Shown here: positions 1 through 12,869 of the stretch, piece by piece | How positions within the stretch are numbered: position 1 is the stretch's first letter | Layout of the letters: each line of letters begins with the position of its first letter | NCBI GenBank assembly: GCA_964016885.1 | Contig: OZ024757.1 | Span: 10,230,001 to 10,294,000, forward strand | Reading direction: 5' to 3' | DNA: 64,000 nucleotides | Source of the DNA: Eledone cirrhosa | Lineage: Eukaryota | Translations under genes and position numbers: made by a program | Notes under the pieces: model-generated | Told to the model about the DNA's origin: nothing | Databases searched by the model: none | What the model saw: the letters and a program-made list of their open reading frames with translations, nothing else

Positions 1-1359
1 TAAGTTAAGTTGGGGTTACGTTAAGTTGGGGTTAAGTTAAGTTGGGGTTAAGTCAAGTTGGGGTTAAATCAAGTTGGGGTTAACTTAAGTTTGGATTAAC
101 TTAAGTTGGGTTAACTTAAGTTGGGGTTAAGTTGGGCTTAACTTAAGTTGGGGTTAAGTTAAGTTGGGGTTAAGTTAAGTTGGGGTTGAGTTAAGTTGGG
201 GTTGAGTTAAGTTGGGGTTGAGTTAAGTTGGGGTCGAGTTAAGTTGGGGTTGCGTTAAGTTGGGGTTAAGTTAAGTTGGGGTTAAGTTAAGTTGGGGTTA
301 AGTTAAGTTGGGATAAGGTTAAGTTGGGGTTAAGTTAAGTTGGGGTTAAGTTAAGTCGGAGTAAAGTTAAGTTGGGGTTAAGTTAAGTTGGGGGTAAGTT
401 AAGTTGTGGTTAAGTTAAGTTGGGGTTAAGTTGGGGTTAAGTTAAGTTGGGGTTGAGTTAAGTTGGGGTTGAATTAAGTTGGGATTGAGTTAAGTTGGAG
501 TTAAGTTAAGTTGGGGTTAAGTTAAGTTGGGGTTAAGTTAAGTTGGCGTTAAATTAAGTTGGGGTTAAGTTAAGTTGGGGTTACGTTAAGTTGGGGTTAA
601 GTTAAGTTGGGGTTAAGTCAAGTTGGGGTTAAATCAAGTTGGGGTTAACTTAAGTTTGGATTAACTTAAGTTGGGTTAACTTAAGTTGGGATTAAGTTGG
701 GGTTAACTTAAGTTGGGGTTAAGTTAAGTTGGGGTTGAGTTAAGTTGGGGTTGAGTTAAGTTGGGGTTGAGTTAAGTTGGGGTTAAGTTAAGTTGGGGTT
801 AATTTAAGTTGGGGTTAAGTTAAGTTGGGATTAGATTAGGTAGGAGTTAAGTTAAGTTGGGGTTAAGTTAAGTTGTGGTTAAGTTAAGTTGGGGTTAAGT
901 TAAGTTGGGGTTAAGTTAAGTTGGGGTTAACTTAAGTTGGGGTTAAGTTAAGTTGAGGCTAAGTTAAGTTGGGGCTGAGTTAACTTGGGGTTAAGTTAAG
1001 TTGGGGTTAAGTTAAGTTGGGGTTAAGTTAAGTTGGGGTTAAGTTAAGTTGGGGTTAAGTTAAGTTGGGGTTAAGTTAAGTTGGGGTTAAGTTAAGTTGG
1101 AGTTAAGTTAAGTTGGGGTTAAGTCAAGTTGGGGTTGAGTTAATTTGGGGTTAAGTTAAGTTGGGGTTAAGTTAAGTTGGAGTTAAGTTAAGTTGGGGTT
1201 AAGTCAAGTTGGGGTTGAGTTAATTTGGGGTTGAATTAAGTTGGGGTTAGGTTAAGTTGGGGTTAAGTTAAGTTTGGTTTAAGTTAAGTTGGGGTTAAGT
1301 TAAGTTGGGGTTAAGTTACTTTGGGGTTAAGTTAAGTTGGGGTTGAGTTAAGTTGGGGT

Positions 1360-4300
1360 TGATTTAAGTTGGGGTTGAATTAAGTTGGGGTCGAGTTAAG
1401 TTGGGGTTGAGTTAAGTTGGGGTTAAGTTAAGTTGGGGTTAAGTTAAGTTGGAGTTAAGTTAAGTTGGGGTTAAGTTAAGTTGGGGTTAAGTTAAGTCGG
1501 AGTAAAGTTAAGTTGGGGTTAAGTTAAGTTGGGGGTAAGTTAAGTTGTGGTTAAGTTAAGTTGGGGTTAAGTTGGGGTTAAGTTAAGTTGGGGTTGAGTT
1601 AAGTTGGGGTTGAATTAAGTTGGGATTGAGTTAAGTTGGAGTTAAGTTAAGTTGGGGTTAAGTTAAGTTGGGGTTAAGTTAAGTTGGCGTTAAATTAAGT
1701 TGGGGTTAAGTTAAGTTGGGGTTACGTTAAGTTGGGGTTAAGTTAAGTTGGGGTTAAGTCAAGTTGGGGTTAAATCAAGTTGGGGTTAACTTAAGTTTGG
1801 ATTAACTTAAGTTGGGTTAACTTAAGTTGGGATTAAGTTGGGGTTAACTTAAGTTGGGGTTAAGTTAAGTTGGGGTTGAGTTAAGTTGGGGTTGAGTTAA
1901 GTTGGGGTTGAGTTAAGTTGGGGTTAAGTTAAGTTGGGGTTAAGTTAAGTTGGGGTTAAGTTAAGTTGGGATTAGATTAAGTAGGAGTTAAGTTAAGTTG
2001 CGGTTAAGTTAAGTTGTGGTTAAGTTAAGTTGGGGTTAAGTTAAGTTGGGGTTAAGTTAAGTTGGGGTTAACTTAAGTTGGAGTTAAGTTAAGTTGGGGT
2101 TAAGTTAAGTTGAGGCTAAGTTAAGTTGGGGCTGAGTTAACTTGGGGTTAAGTTAAGTTGGGGTTAAGTTAAGTTGGGGTTAAGGTAAGTTGGGGTTAAG
2201 TTAAGTTGGGGTTAAGTTAAGTTGGGGTTAACTTAAGTTGGGGTTAACTTAAGTTGGGGTTAAGTTGGGGTTAACTTAAGTTGGGGTTAATTTAAGTTGG
2301 GGTTGAGTTAATTTGGGGTTGATTTCAGTTTGGGTTGAGTTAAGTTGGGGTCGAGTTAAGTTGGGGTTGTGTTAAGTTGGGGTTAAGTTAAGTTGGGGTT
2401 AAGTTAAGTTGGGGTTGAGTTAAGTTGGGATCGAGGTAAGTTGGGGTTGAGTTAAGTTGGGGTTAAGTTAAGTTCGGGTTAACTTAAGTTGGGGTTAACT
2501 TAAGTTGGGGTTAAGTTAAGTTGGGGTTAAGTTAAGTTGGGGTTAAGTTAAGTTGGGGTTAAGTTAAGTTGGGGTTAAGTTAAGTTGGGGTTAAGTTAAG
2601 TTGGGGTTGAGTTAAGTTAGGGTCGAGTTAAGTTGGGGTTGAGTTAATTTGGGGTTGAATTAAGTTGGGGTTAGGTTAAGTTGGGGTTAAGTTAAATTTG
2701 GTTTAAGTTAAGTTGGGGTTAAGTTAAGTTGGGGTTAAGTTAAGTTGGGATTAGATTAAGTTGGGGTTAAGTTAAGTTGGGGTTGAGTTAAGTTGGGGTT
2801 AAGTTAAGTTGGCGTTAAGTTAAGTTGGGGTTAAGTTAAGTTGGGGTTAAGTTAAGTTGGGGTTAAGTTAAGTTGGGGTTAAGTTAAGTTGGGGTTAAGT
2901 TAAGTTGGAGTTAAGTTAAGTTGGGGTTAAGTCAAGTTGGGGTTGAGTTAATTTGGGGTTAAGTTAAGTTGGGGTTAAGTTAAGTTGGAGTTAAGTTAAG
3001 TTGGGGTTAAGTCAAGTTGGGGTTGAGTTAATTTGGGGTTGAATTAAGTTGGGGTTAGGTTAAGTTGGGGTTAAGTTAAGTTTGGTTTAAGTTAAGTTGG
3101 GGTTAAGTTAAGTTGGGGTTAAGTTAATTTGGGGTTAAGTTAAGTTGGGGTTGAGTTAAGTTGGGGTTGATTTAAGTTGGGGTTGAATTAAGTTGGGGTC
3201 GAGTTAAGTTGGGGTTGAGTTAAGTTGGGGTTAAGTTAAGTTGGGGTTAAGTTAAGTTGGAGTTAAGTTAAGTTGGGGTTAAGTTAAGTTGGGGTTAAGT
3301 TAAGTCGGAGTAAAGTTAAGTTGGGGTTAAGTTAAGTTGGGGGTAAGTTAAGTTGTGGTTAAGTTAAGTTGGGGTTAAGTTGGGGTTAAGTTAAGTTGGG
3401 GTTGAGTTAAGTTGGGGTTGAATTAAGTTGGGATTGAGTTAAGTTGGAGTTAAGTTAAGTTGGGGTTAAGTTAAGTTGGGGGTAAGTTAAGTTGTGGTTA
3501 AGTTAAGTTGGGGTTAAGTTGGGGTTAAGTTAAGTTGGGGTTGAGTTAAGTTGGGGTTGAATTAAGTTGGGATTGAGTTAAGTTGGAGTTAAGTTAAGTT
3601 GGGGTTAAGTTAAGTTGGGGTTAAGTTAAGTTGGCGTTAAATTAAGTTGGGGTTAAGTTAAGTTGGGGTTACGTTAAGTTGGGGTTAAGTTAAGTTGGGG
3701 TTAAGTCAAGTTGGGGTTAAATCAAGTTGGGGTTAACTTAAGTTTGGATTAACTTAAGTTGGGTTAACTTAAGTTGGGATTAAGTTGGGGTTAACTTAAG
3801 TTGGGGTTAAGTTAAGTTGGGGTTGAGTTAAGTTGGGGTTGAGTTAAGTTGGGGTTGAGTTAAGTTGGGGTTAAGTTAAGTTGGGGTTAAGTTAAGTTGG
3901 GGTTAAGTTAAGTTGGGATTAGATTAAGTAGGAGTTAAGTTAAGTTGGGGTTAAGTTAAGTTGTGGTTAAGTTAAGTTGGGGTTAAGTTAAGTTGGGGTT
4001 AAGTTAAGTTGGGGTTAACTTAAGTTGGAGTTAAGTTAAGTTGGGGTTAAGTTAAGTTGAGGCTAAGTTAAGTTGGGGCTGAGTTAACTTGGGGTTAAGT
4101 TAAGTTGGGGTTAAGTTAAGTTGGGGTTAAGGTAAGTTGGGGTTAAGTTAAGTTGGGGTTAAGTTAAGTTGGGGTTAACTTAAGTTGGGGTTAACTTAAG
4201 TTGGGGTTAAGTTGGGGTTAACTTAAGTTGGGGTTAATTTAAGTTGGGGTTGAGTTAAGTTGGGGTTGATTTCAGTTTGGGTTGAGTTAAGTTGGGGTCG

Positions 4301-5480
4301 AGTTAAGTTGGGGTTGTGTTAAGTTGGGGTTAAGTTAAGTTGGGGTTAAGTTAAGTTGGGGTTGAGTTAAGTTGGGATCGAGGTAAGTTGGGGTTGAGTT
4401 AAGTTGGGGTTAAGTTAAGTTGGGGTTAACTTAAGTTGGGGTTAACTTAAGTTGGGGTTAAGTTAAGTTGGGGTTAAGTTAAGTTGGGGTTAAGTTAAGT
4501 TGGGGTTAAGTTAAGTTGGGGTTAAGTTAAGTTGGGGTTAAGTTAAGTTGGGGTTGAGTTAAGTTAGGGTCGAGTTAAGTTGGGGTTGAGTTAATTTGGG
4601 GTTGAATTAAGTTGGGGTTAGGTTAAGTTGGGGTTAAGTTAAATTTGGTTTAAGTTAAGTTGGGGTTAAGTTAAGTTGGGGTTAAGTTAAGTTGGGATTA
4701 GATTAAGTTGGGGTTAAGTTAAGTTGGGGTTGAGTTAAGTTGGGGTTAAGTTAAGTTGGCGTTAAGTTAAGTTGGGGTTAAGTTAAGTTGGGGTTAAGTT
4801 AAGTTGGGGTTAAGTTAAGTTGGGGTTAAGTTAAGTTGGGGTTAAGTTAAGTTGGAGTTAAGTTAAGTTGGGGTTAAGTCAAGTTGGGGTTGAGTTAATT
4901 TGGGGTTAAGTTAAGTTGGGGTTAAGTTAAGTTGGAGTTAAGTTAAGTTGGGGTTAAGTCAAGTTTGGGTTGAGTTAATTTGGGGTTGAATTAAGTTGGG
5001 GTTAGGTTAAGTTGGGGTTAAGTTAAGTTTGGTTTAAGTTAAGTTGGGGTTAAGTTAAGTTGGGGTTAAGTTAATTTGGGGTTAAGTTAAGTTGGGGTTG
5101 AGTTAAGTTGGGGTTGATTTAAGTTGGGGTTGAATTAAGTTGGGGTCGAGTTAAGTTGGGGTTGAGTTAAGTTGGGGTTAAGTTAAGTTGGGGTTAAGTT
5201 AAGTTGGAGTTAAGTTAAGTTGGGGTTAAGTTAAGTTGGGGTTAAGTTAAGTCGGAGTAAAGTTAAGTTGGGGTTAAGTTAATTTAGGGGTAAGTTAAGT
5301 TGTGGTTAAGTTAAGTTGGGGTTAAGTTGGGGTTAAGTTAAGTTGGGGTTGAGTTAAGTTGGGGTTGAATTAAGTTGGGATTGAGTTAAGTTGGAGTTAA
5401 GTTAAGTTGGGGTTAAGTTAAGTTGGGGTTAAGTTAAGTTGGCGTTGAATTAAGTTGGGGTTAAGTTAAGTTGGGGTTAC
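1360..5480 (+). repeat. Local tandem duplication of ~1.8-1.95 kb in sub-family A, including an internal 139-bp duplication
   Basis: GATTTCAGTTT at 2321/4268 and TCGGAGTAAAG at 3305/5252 (offset 1947). TCGGAGTAAAG at 1497/3305 (offset 1808). The 139-bp difference equals the block duplicated at 3341/3480 (8x16+11). Confidence 0.85.
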
Positions 5481-8400
5481 GTTAAGTTGGGGATAAGTTA
5501 AGTTGGGGTTAAGTCAAGTTGGGGTTAAATCAAGTTGGGGTTAACTTAAGTTCGGATTAACTTAAGTTGGGTTAACTTAAGTTGGGATTAAGTTAAGTTG
5601 GCGTTGAGTTAAGTTGGGGTTGAGTTAAGTTGGGGTTGAGTTAAGTTGGGGTTGAGTTAAGTTGGGGTCGAGTTAAGTTGGGGTTGATTTAAGTTGGGGT
5701 TAAGTTAAGTTGGGGTTAAGTTAAGTTGGGGTTAAGTTAAGTTGGGATTAGATTAAGTAGGAGTTAAGTTAAGTTGGGGTTAAGTTAAGTTGTGGTTAAG
5801 TTAAGTTGGGGTTAAGTTAAGTTGTGGTTAAGTTAAGTTGGGGTTAAGTTAAATTTGGTTTAAGTTAAGTTGGGGTTAAGTTAAGTTGGGATTAGATTAA
5901 GTTGGGGTTAAGTTAAGTTGGGGTTGAGTTAAGTTGGGGTTAAGTTAAGTTGGCGTTAAGTTAAGTTGGGGTTAAGTTAAGTTGGGGTTAAGTTAAGTTG
6001 GAGTTAAGTTAAATTGGGGTTAAGTCAAGTTGGGGTTGAGTTAATTTTGGGTTAAGTTAAGTTGGGGTTAAGTTAAGTTGGAGTTAAGTTAAGTTGGGGT
6101 TAAGTCAAGTTGGGGTTGAGTTAATTTGGGGTTGAATTAAGTTGGGGTTAGGTTAAGTTGGGGTTAAGTTAAGTTTGGTTTACGTTAAGTTGGGGTTAAG
6201 TTAAGTTGGGGTTAAGTTAAGTTGGGGTTAAGTTAAGTTGGGGTTGATTTAAGTTGGGGTTGATTTAAGTTGGGGTTGAATTAAGTTGGGGTCGAGTTAA
6301 GTTGGGGTTGATTTAAGTTGGGGTTAAGTTAAGTTGGGGTTAAGTTAAGTTGGAGTTAAGTTAAGTTGGGGTTAAGTTAAGTTGGGGTTAAGTTAAGTCG
6401 GAGTAAAGTTAAGTTGGGGTTAAGTTAAGTTGGGGGTAAGTTAAGTTGTGGTTAAGTTAAGTTGGGGTTAAGTTGGTGTTAAGTTAAGTTGGGGTTGAGT
6501 TAAGTTGGGGTTGAATTAAGTTGGGATTGAGTTAAGTTGGAGTTAAGTTAAGTTGGGGTTAAGTTAAGTTAGCGTTAAATTAAGTTGGGGTTAAGTTAAG
6601 TTGGGGTTACGTTAAGTTGGGGTTGAGTTAAGTTGGGGTCGAGTTAAGTTGGGGTTGAGTTAAGTTGGGGTTAAGTTAAGTTGGGGTTAAGTTAAGTTGG
6701 GGTTAATTTAAGTTGGGGTTAAGTTAAGTTGGGGTTCAGTTAAGTTGGGGTAAGTTAAGTTGGGGTTAAGTTAAGTTGGAGTTAAGTTAAGTTGGGGTTA
6801 AGTCAAGTTGGGGTTGAGTTAATTTGGGGTTAAGTTAAGTTGGGGTTAAGTTAAGTTGGAGTTAAGTTAAGTTGGGGTTAAGTCAAGTTGGGGTTGAGTT
6901 AATTTGGGGTTGAATTAAGTTGGGGTTAGGTTAAGTTGGGGTTAAGTTAAGTTTGGTTTAAGTTAAGTTGGGGTTAAGTTAAGTTGGGGTTAAGTTAAGT
7001 TGGGGTTAAGTTAAGTTGGGGTTGATTTAAGTTTGGGTTGATTTAAGTTGGGGTTGAATTAAGTTGGGGTCGAGTTAAGTTGGGGTTGAGTTAAGTTGGG
7101 GTTAAGTTAAGTTGGGGTTAAGTTAAGTTGGAGTTAAGTTAAGTTGGGGTTAAGTTAAGTTGGGGTTAAGTTAAGTCGGAGTAAAGTTAAGTTGGGGTTA
7201 AGTTAAGTTGGGGGTAAGTTAAGTTGTGGTTAAGTTAAGTTGGGGTTAAGTTGGGGTTAAGTTAAGTTGGGGTTGAGTTAAGTTGGGGTTGAATTAAGTT
7301 GGGATTGAGTTAAGTTGGAGTTAAGTTAAGTTGGGGTTAAGTTAAGTTGGGGTTAAGTTAAGTTGGCGTTAAATTAAGTTGGGGTTAAGTTAAGTTGGGG
7401 TTACGTTAAGTTGGGGTTGAGTTAAGTTGGGGTCGAGTTAAGTTGGGGTTGAGTTAAGTTGGGGTTAAGTTAAGTTGGGGTTAAGTTAAGTTGGGGTTAA
7501 GTTAAGTTGGGATTAGATTAAGTAGGAGTTAAGTTAAGTTGGGGTTAAGTTAAGTTGTGGTTAAGTTAAGTTGGGGTTAAGTTAAGTTGGGGTTAAGTTA
7601 AGTTGGGGTTAACTTAAGTTGGAGTTAAGTTAAGTTGGGGTTAAGTTAAGTTGAGGCTAAGTTAAGTTGGGGCTGAGTTAAGTTGGGGTTGAGTTAAGTT
7701 GGGGTTGAGTTAAGTTGGGGTTGAGTTAAGTTGGGGTCGAGTTAAGTTGGGGTTGAGTTAAGTTGGGGTTAAGTTAAGTTGGGGTTAAGTTAAGTTGGGG
7801 TTAAGTTAAGTTGGAATTAGGTTAAGTTGGGGTTAAGTTAAGTTGGGGTTAAGTTAAGTTGTGGTTAATTTAAGTTGGGGTTAAGTTAAGTTGGGGTTAA
7901 GTTAAGTTGGTGTTAAGGTAAGTTGGGGTTAAGTTAAGTTGGGGTTAAGTTAAGTTGGGGTTAAGTTAAGTTGGGGTTAACTTAAGTTGGGGTTAACTTA
8001 AGTTGGGGTTAAGTTGGGGTTAACTTAATTGGGGTTAAGTTGGGGTTAACTTAAGTTGGGGTTAAGTTAAGTTGGGGTTGAGTTAAGTTGGGGTTGATTT
8101 AACTTGGGGTTGAGTTAAGTTGGAGTCGAGTTAAGTTGGGGTTGAGTTAAGTTGGGGTTAAATTAAGTTGGGGTTAAGTTAAGTTGGAGTTAAGTTAAGT
8201 TGGGGTTAAGTTAAGTTGGGGTTAAGTCAAGTTGGGGTTAAATCAAGTTGGGGTTAACTTAAGTTTGGATTAACTTAAGTTGGGTTAACTTAAGTTGGGG
8301 TTAAGTTGGGCTTAACTTAAGTTGGGGTTAAGTTAAGTTGGGGTTGAGTTAAGTTGGGGTTGAGTTAAGTTGGGGTTGAGTTAAGTTGGGGTTGAGTTAA

Positions 8401-11400
8401 GTTGGGGTCGAGTTAAGTTGGGGTTGAGTTAAGTTGGGGTTAAGTTAAGTTGGGGTTAAGTTAAGTTGGGGTTAAGTTAAGTTGGGATTAGGTTAAGTTG
8501 GGGTTAAGTTAAGTTGGGGTTAAGTTAAGTCGGAGTAAAGTTAAGTTGGGGTTAAGTTAAGTTGGGGGTAAGTTAAGTTGTGGTTAAGTTAAGTTGGGGT
8601 TAAGTTGGGGTTAAGTTAAGTTGGGGTTGAGTTAAGTTGGGGTTGAATTAAGTTGGGATTGAGTTAAGTTGGAGTTAAGTTAAGTTGGGGTTAAGTTAAG
8701 TTGGGGTTAAGTTAAGTTGGCGTTAAATTAAGTTGGGGTTAAGTTAAGTTGGGGTTACGTTAAGTTGGGGTTAAGTTAAGTTGGGGTTAAGTCAAGTTGG
8801 GGTTAAATCAAGTTGTGGTTAAGTTAAGTTGGGGTTAAGTTAAGTTGGGGTTAAGTTAAGTTGGGGTTAACTTAAGTTGGAGTTAAGTTGAGTTGGGGTT
8901 AAGTTAAGTTGAGGCTAAGTTAAGTTGGGGCTGAGTTAACTTGGGGTTAAGTTAAGTTGGGGTTAAGTTAAGTTGGGGTTAAGGTAAGTTGGGGTTAAGT
9001 TAAGTTGGGCTTAAGTTAAGTTGGGGTTAAGTTAAGTTGGGGTTAACTTAAGTTGGGGTTAACTTAAGTTGGGGTTAAGTTGGGGTTAACTTAAGTTGGG
9101 GTTAATTTAAGTTGGGGTTGAGTTAAGTTGGGGTTGATTTCAGTTTGGGTTGAGTTAAGTTGGGGTCGAGTTAAGTTGTGGTTGTGTTAAGTTGGGGTTA
9201 AGTTAAGTTGGGGTTAAGTTAAGTTGGGGTTGAGTTAAGTTGGGATCGAGGTAAGTTGGGGTTGAGTTAAGTTGGGGTTAAGTTAAGTTGGGGTTAACTT
9301 AAGTTGGGGTTAACTTAAGTTGGGGTTAAGTTAAGTTGGGGTTAAGTTAAGTTGGGGTTAAGTTAAGTTGGGGTTAAGTTAAGTTGGGGTTAAGTTAAGT
9401 TGGGGTTGAGTTAAGTTAGGGTCGAGTTAAGTTGGGGTTGAGTTAATTTGGGGTTGAATTAAGTTAGGGTTAGGTTAAGTTGGGGTTAAGTTAAATTTGG
9501 TTTAAGTTAAGTTGGGGTTAAGTTAAGTTGGGGTTAAGTTAAGTTGGGATTAGATTAAGTTGGGGTTAAGTTAAGTTGGGGTTGAGTTAAGTTGGGGTTA
9601 AGTTAAGTTGGCGTTAAGTTAAGTTGGGGTTGAGTTAAGTTGGGGTTGAATTAAGTTGGGATTGAGTTAAGTTGGAGTTAAGTTAAGTTGGGGTTAAGTT
9701 AAGTTGGGGTTAAGTTAAGTTGGCGTTAAATTAAGTTGGGGTTAAGTTAAGTTGGGGTTACGTTAAGTTGGGGATAAGTTAAGTTGGGGTTAAGTCAAGT
9801 TGGGGTTAAATCAAGTTGGGGTTAACTTAAGTTTGGATTAACTTAAGTTGGGTTAACTTAAGTTGGGATTAAGTTGGGGTTAACTTAAGTTGGGGTTAAG
9901 TTAAGTTGGCGTTGAGTTAAGTTGGGGTTGAGTTAAGTTGGGGTTGAGTTAAGTTGGGGTTGAGTTAAGTTGGGGTCGAGTTAAGTTGGGGTTGATTTAA
10001 GTTGGGGTTAAGTTAAGTTGGGGTTAAGTTAAGTTGGGGTTAAGTTAAGTTGGGATTAGATTAAGTAGGAGTTAAGTTAAGTTGGGGTTAAGTTAAGTTG
10101 TGGTTAAGTTAAGTTGGGGTTAAGTTAAGTTGGGGTTAAGTTAAGTTGGGGTTAACTTAAGTTGGAGTTAAGTTAAGTTGGGGTTAAGTTAAATTTGGTT
10201 TAAGTTAAGTTGGGGTTAAGTTAAGTTGGGGTTAAGTTAAGTTGGGGTTAAGTTAAGTTGGGGTTAATTTAAGTTGGGGTTAAGTTAAGTTGGGGTTGAG
10301 TTAAGTTGGGGTTAAGTTAAGTTGGCGTTAAGTTAAGTTGGGGTTAAGTTAAGTTGGGGTTAAGTTAAGTTGGGGTTAATTTAAGTTGGGGTTAAGTTAA
10401 GTTGGGGTTAAGTTAAGTTGGGGTTAAGTTAAGTTGGGGTTAAGTTAAGTTGGAGTTAAGTTAAGTTGGGGTTAAGTCAAGTTGGGGTTGAGTTAATTTG
10501 GGGTTAAGTTAAGTTGGGGTTAAGTTAAGTTGGAGTTAAGTTAAGTTGGGGTTAAGTCAAGTTGGGGTTGAGTTAATTTGGGGTTGAATTAAGTTGGGGT
10601 TAGGTTAAGTTGGGGTTAAGTTAAGTTTGGTTTAAGTTAAGTTGGGGTTAAGTTAAGTTGGGGTTAAGTTAAGTTGGGGTTAAGTTAAGTTGGGGTTGAT
10701 TTAAGTTGGGGTTGATTTAAGTTGGGGTTGAATTAAGTTGGGGTCGAGTTAAGTTGGGGTTGAGTTAAGTTGGGGTTAAGTTCAGTTGGGGTTAAGTTAA
10801 GTTGGAGTTAAGTTAAGTTGGGGTTAAGTTAAGTTGGGGTTAAGTTAAGTCGGAGTAAAGTTAAGTTGGGGTTAAGTTAAGTTGGGGGTAAGTTAAGTTG
10901 TGGTTAAGTTAAGTTGGGGTTAAGTTGGGCTTAAGTTAAGTTGGGGTTGAGTTAAGTTGGGGTTGAATTAAGTTGGGATTGAGTTAAGTTGGAGTTAAGT
11001 TAAGTTGGGGTTAAGTTAAGTTGGCGTTAAATTAAGTTGGGGTTAAGTTAAGTTGGGGTTACGTTAAGTTGGGGTTGAGTTAAGTTGGGGTCGAGTTAAG
11101 TTGGGGTTGAGTTAAGTTGGGGTTAAGTTAAGTTGGGGTTAAGTTAAGTTGGGGTTAAGTTAAGTTGGGATTAGATTAAGTAGGAGTTAAGTTAAGTTGG
11201 GGTTAAGTTAAGTTGGGGTTAAGTTAAGTTGGGGTTAAGTTAAGTTGGGGTTAACTTAAGTTGGGGTTAACTTAAGTTGGAGTTAAGTTAAGTTGGGGTT
11301 AAGTTAAGTTGAGGCTAAGTTAAGTTGGGGCTGAGTTAACTTGGGGTTAAGTTAAGTTGGGGTTAAATTAAGTTGGGGTTAAGGTAAGTTGGGGTTAAGT

Positions 11401-12869
11401 TAAGTTGGGGTTAAGTTAAGTTGGGGTTAAGTTAAGTTGGGGTTAACTTAAGTTGGGGTTAAGTTGGGGTTAACTTAAGTTGGGGTTAATTTAAGTTGGG
11501 GTTGAGTTAAGTTGGGGTTGATTTCAGTTTGGGTTGAGTTAAGTTGGGGTCGAGTTAAGTTGGGGTTGTGTTAAGTTGGGGTTAAGTTAAGTTGGGGTTA
11601 AGTTAAGTTGGGGTTGAGTTAAGTTGGGATCGAGGTAAGTTGGGGTTGAGTTAAGTTGGGGTTAAGTTAAGTTTGGTTTAAGTTAAGTTGGGGTTAAGTT
11701 AAGTTGGGGTTAAGTTAAGGTGGGATTAGGTTAAGTTGGGGTTAAGTTAAGTTGGGGTTAAGTTAAGTTGTGGTTAAGTTAAGTTGGGGTTAAGTTAAGT
11801 TGGGGTTAAGTTAAGTTGGGGTTAAGGTAAGTTGGGGTTAAGTTAAGTTGGGGTTAAGTTAAGTTGGGGTTAACTTAAGTTGGGGTTAAGTTGGGGTTAA
11901 CTTAAGTTGGGGTTAAGTTGGGGTTAACTTAAGTTGGGGTTAAGTTGGGGTTAACTTAAGTTGGGGTTAAGTTAAGTTGGGGTTGAGTTAAGTTGGGGTT
12001 GATTTAAGTTGGGGTTGAGGTAAGTTGGAGTCGAGTTAAGTTGGGGTTGAGTTAAGTTGGGGTTAAGTTAAGTTGGGGTTAAGTTAAGTTGGGGTTAAGT
12101 TAAGTCGGAGTTAAGTTAAGTTGGGGTTAAGTTAAGTTGGGGGTAAGTTAAGTTGTGGTTAAGTTAAGTTGGAGTTAAGTTGGGGTTAAGTTAAGTTGGG
12201 GTTAAGTTAAGTGGGGTTGAGTTAAGTTGGAGTTAAGTTAAGTTGGGGTTAATTTAAGTTGGGGTTAAGTTAAGTCGGGGTAAAGTTAAGTTGGGGTTAA
12301 GTTAAGTTGGGGGTAAGTTAATTTGGGGTTAAGTTAAGTTGGGGTTTAGTTAATTTGGGGTTAAGTCAAGTTGGGGTTAAGTCAAGTTGGGGTTAAGTTA
12401 AGTTGGGGTTAAGTTAAGTCGGGGTTAAGTTAAGTTGGGGTTAAGTTAAGTCGGGGTTAAGTTAAGTTGGGGTTAAGTTAAGTTGGGGTAAGTTAAGTTG
12501 GGGTTAAGTTAAGTTGGGGTTTACTTAAGTTGGGGTTAAGTCAAGTTGGGGTTAAGTCAAGTTGGGGTTAAGACAAGTTGGGGTTAAGTTAAGTTGGGGT
12601 TAAGTTAAGTTGGGGTTAAATTAAGTTGGGGTTAAGTTAAGTTGGGGTTAAGTTAAGTTGGCGTTAAGTTAAGTTGGGGTTAAGTTAACTTGGGGTTAAG
12701 TTAAGTTGGGGTTAAGTTAAGTTGGGGTTAAGTCAAGTTGGGGTTAAATCAAGTTGGGGTTAACTTAAGTTTGGATTAACTTAAGTTGGGTTAACTTAAG
12801 TTGGGGTTAAGTTGGGGTTAACTTAAGTTGGGGTTAAGTTAAGTTGGGGTTAAGTTAAGTTGGGGTTGA

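Noticed and set aside
829-847. AGGAG Shine-Dalgarno-like and TTGA/TTAA promoter-like motifs in variant units
   Set aside because: These are chance products of monomer mutation with no downstream ORF, in a satellite context.
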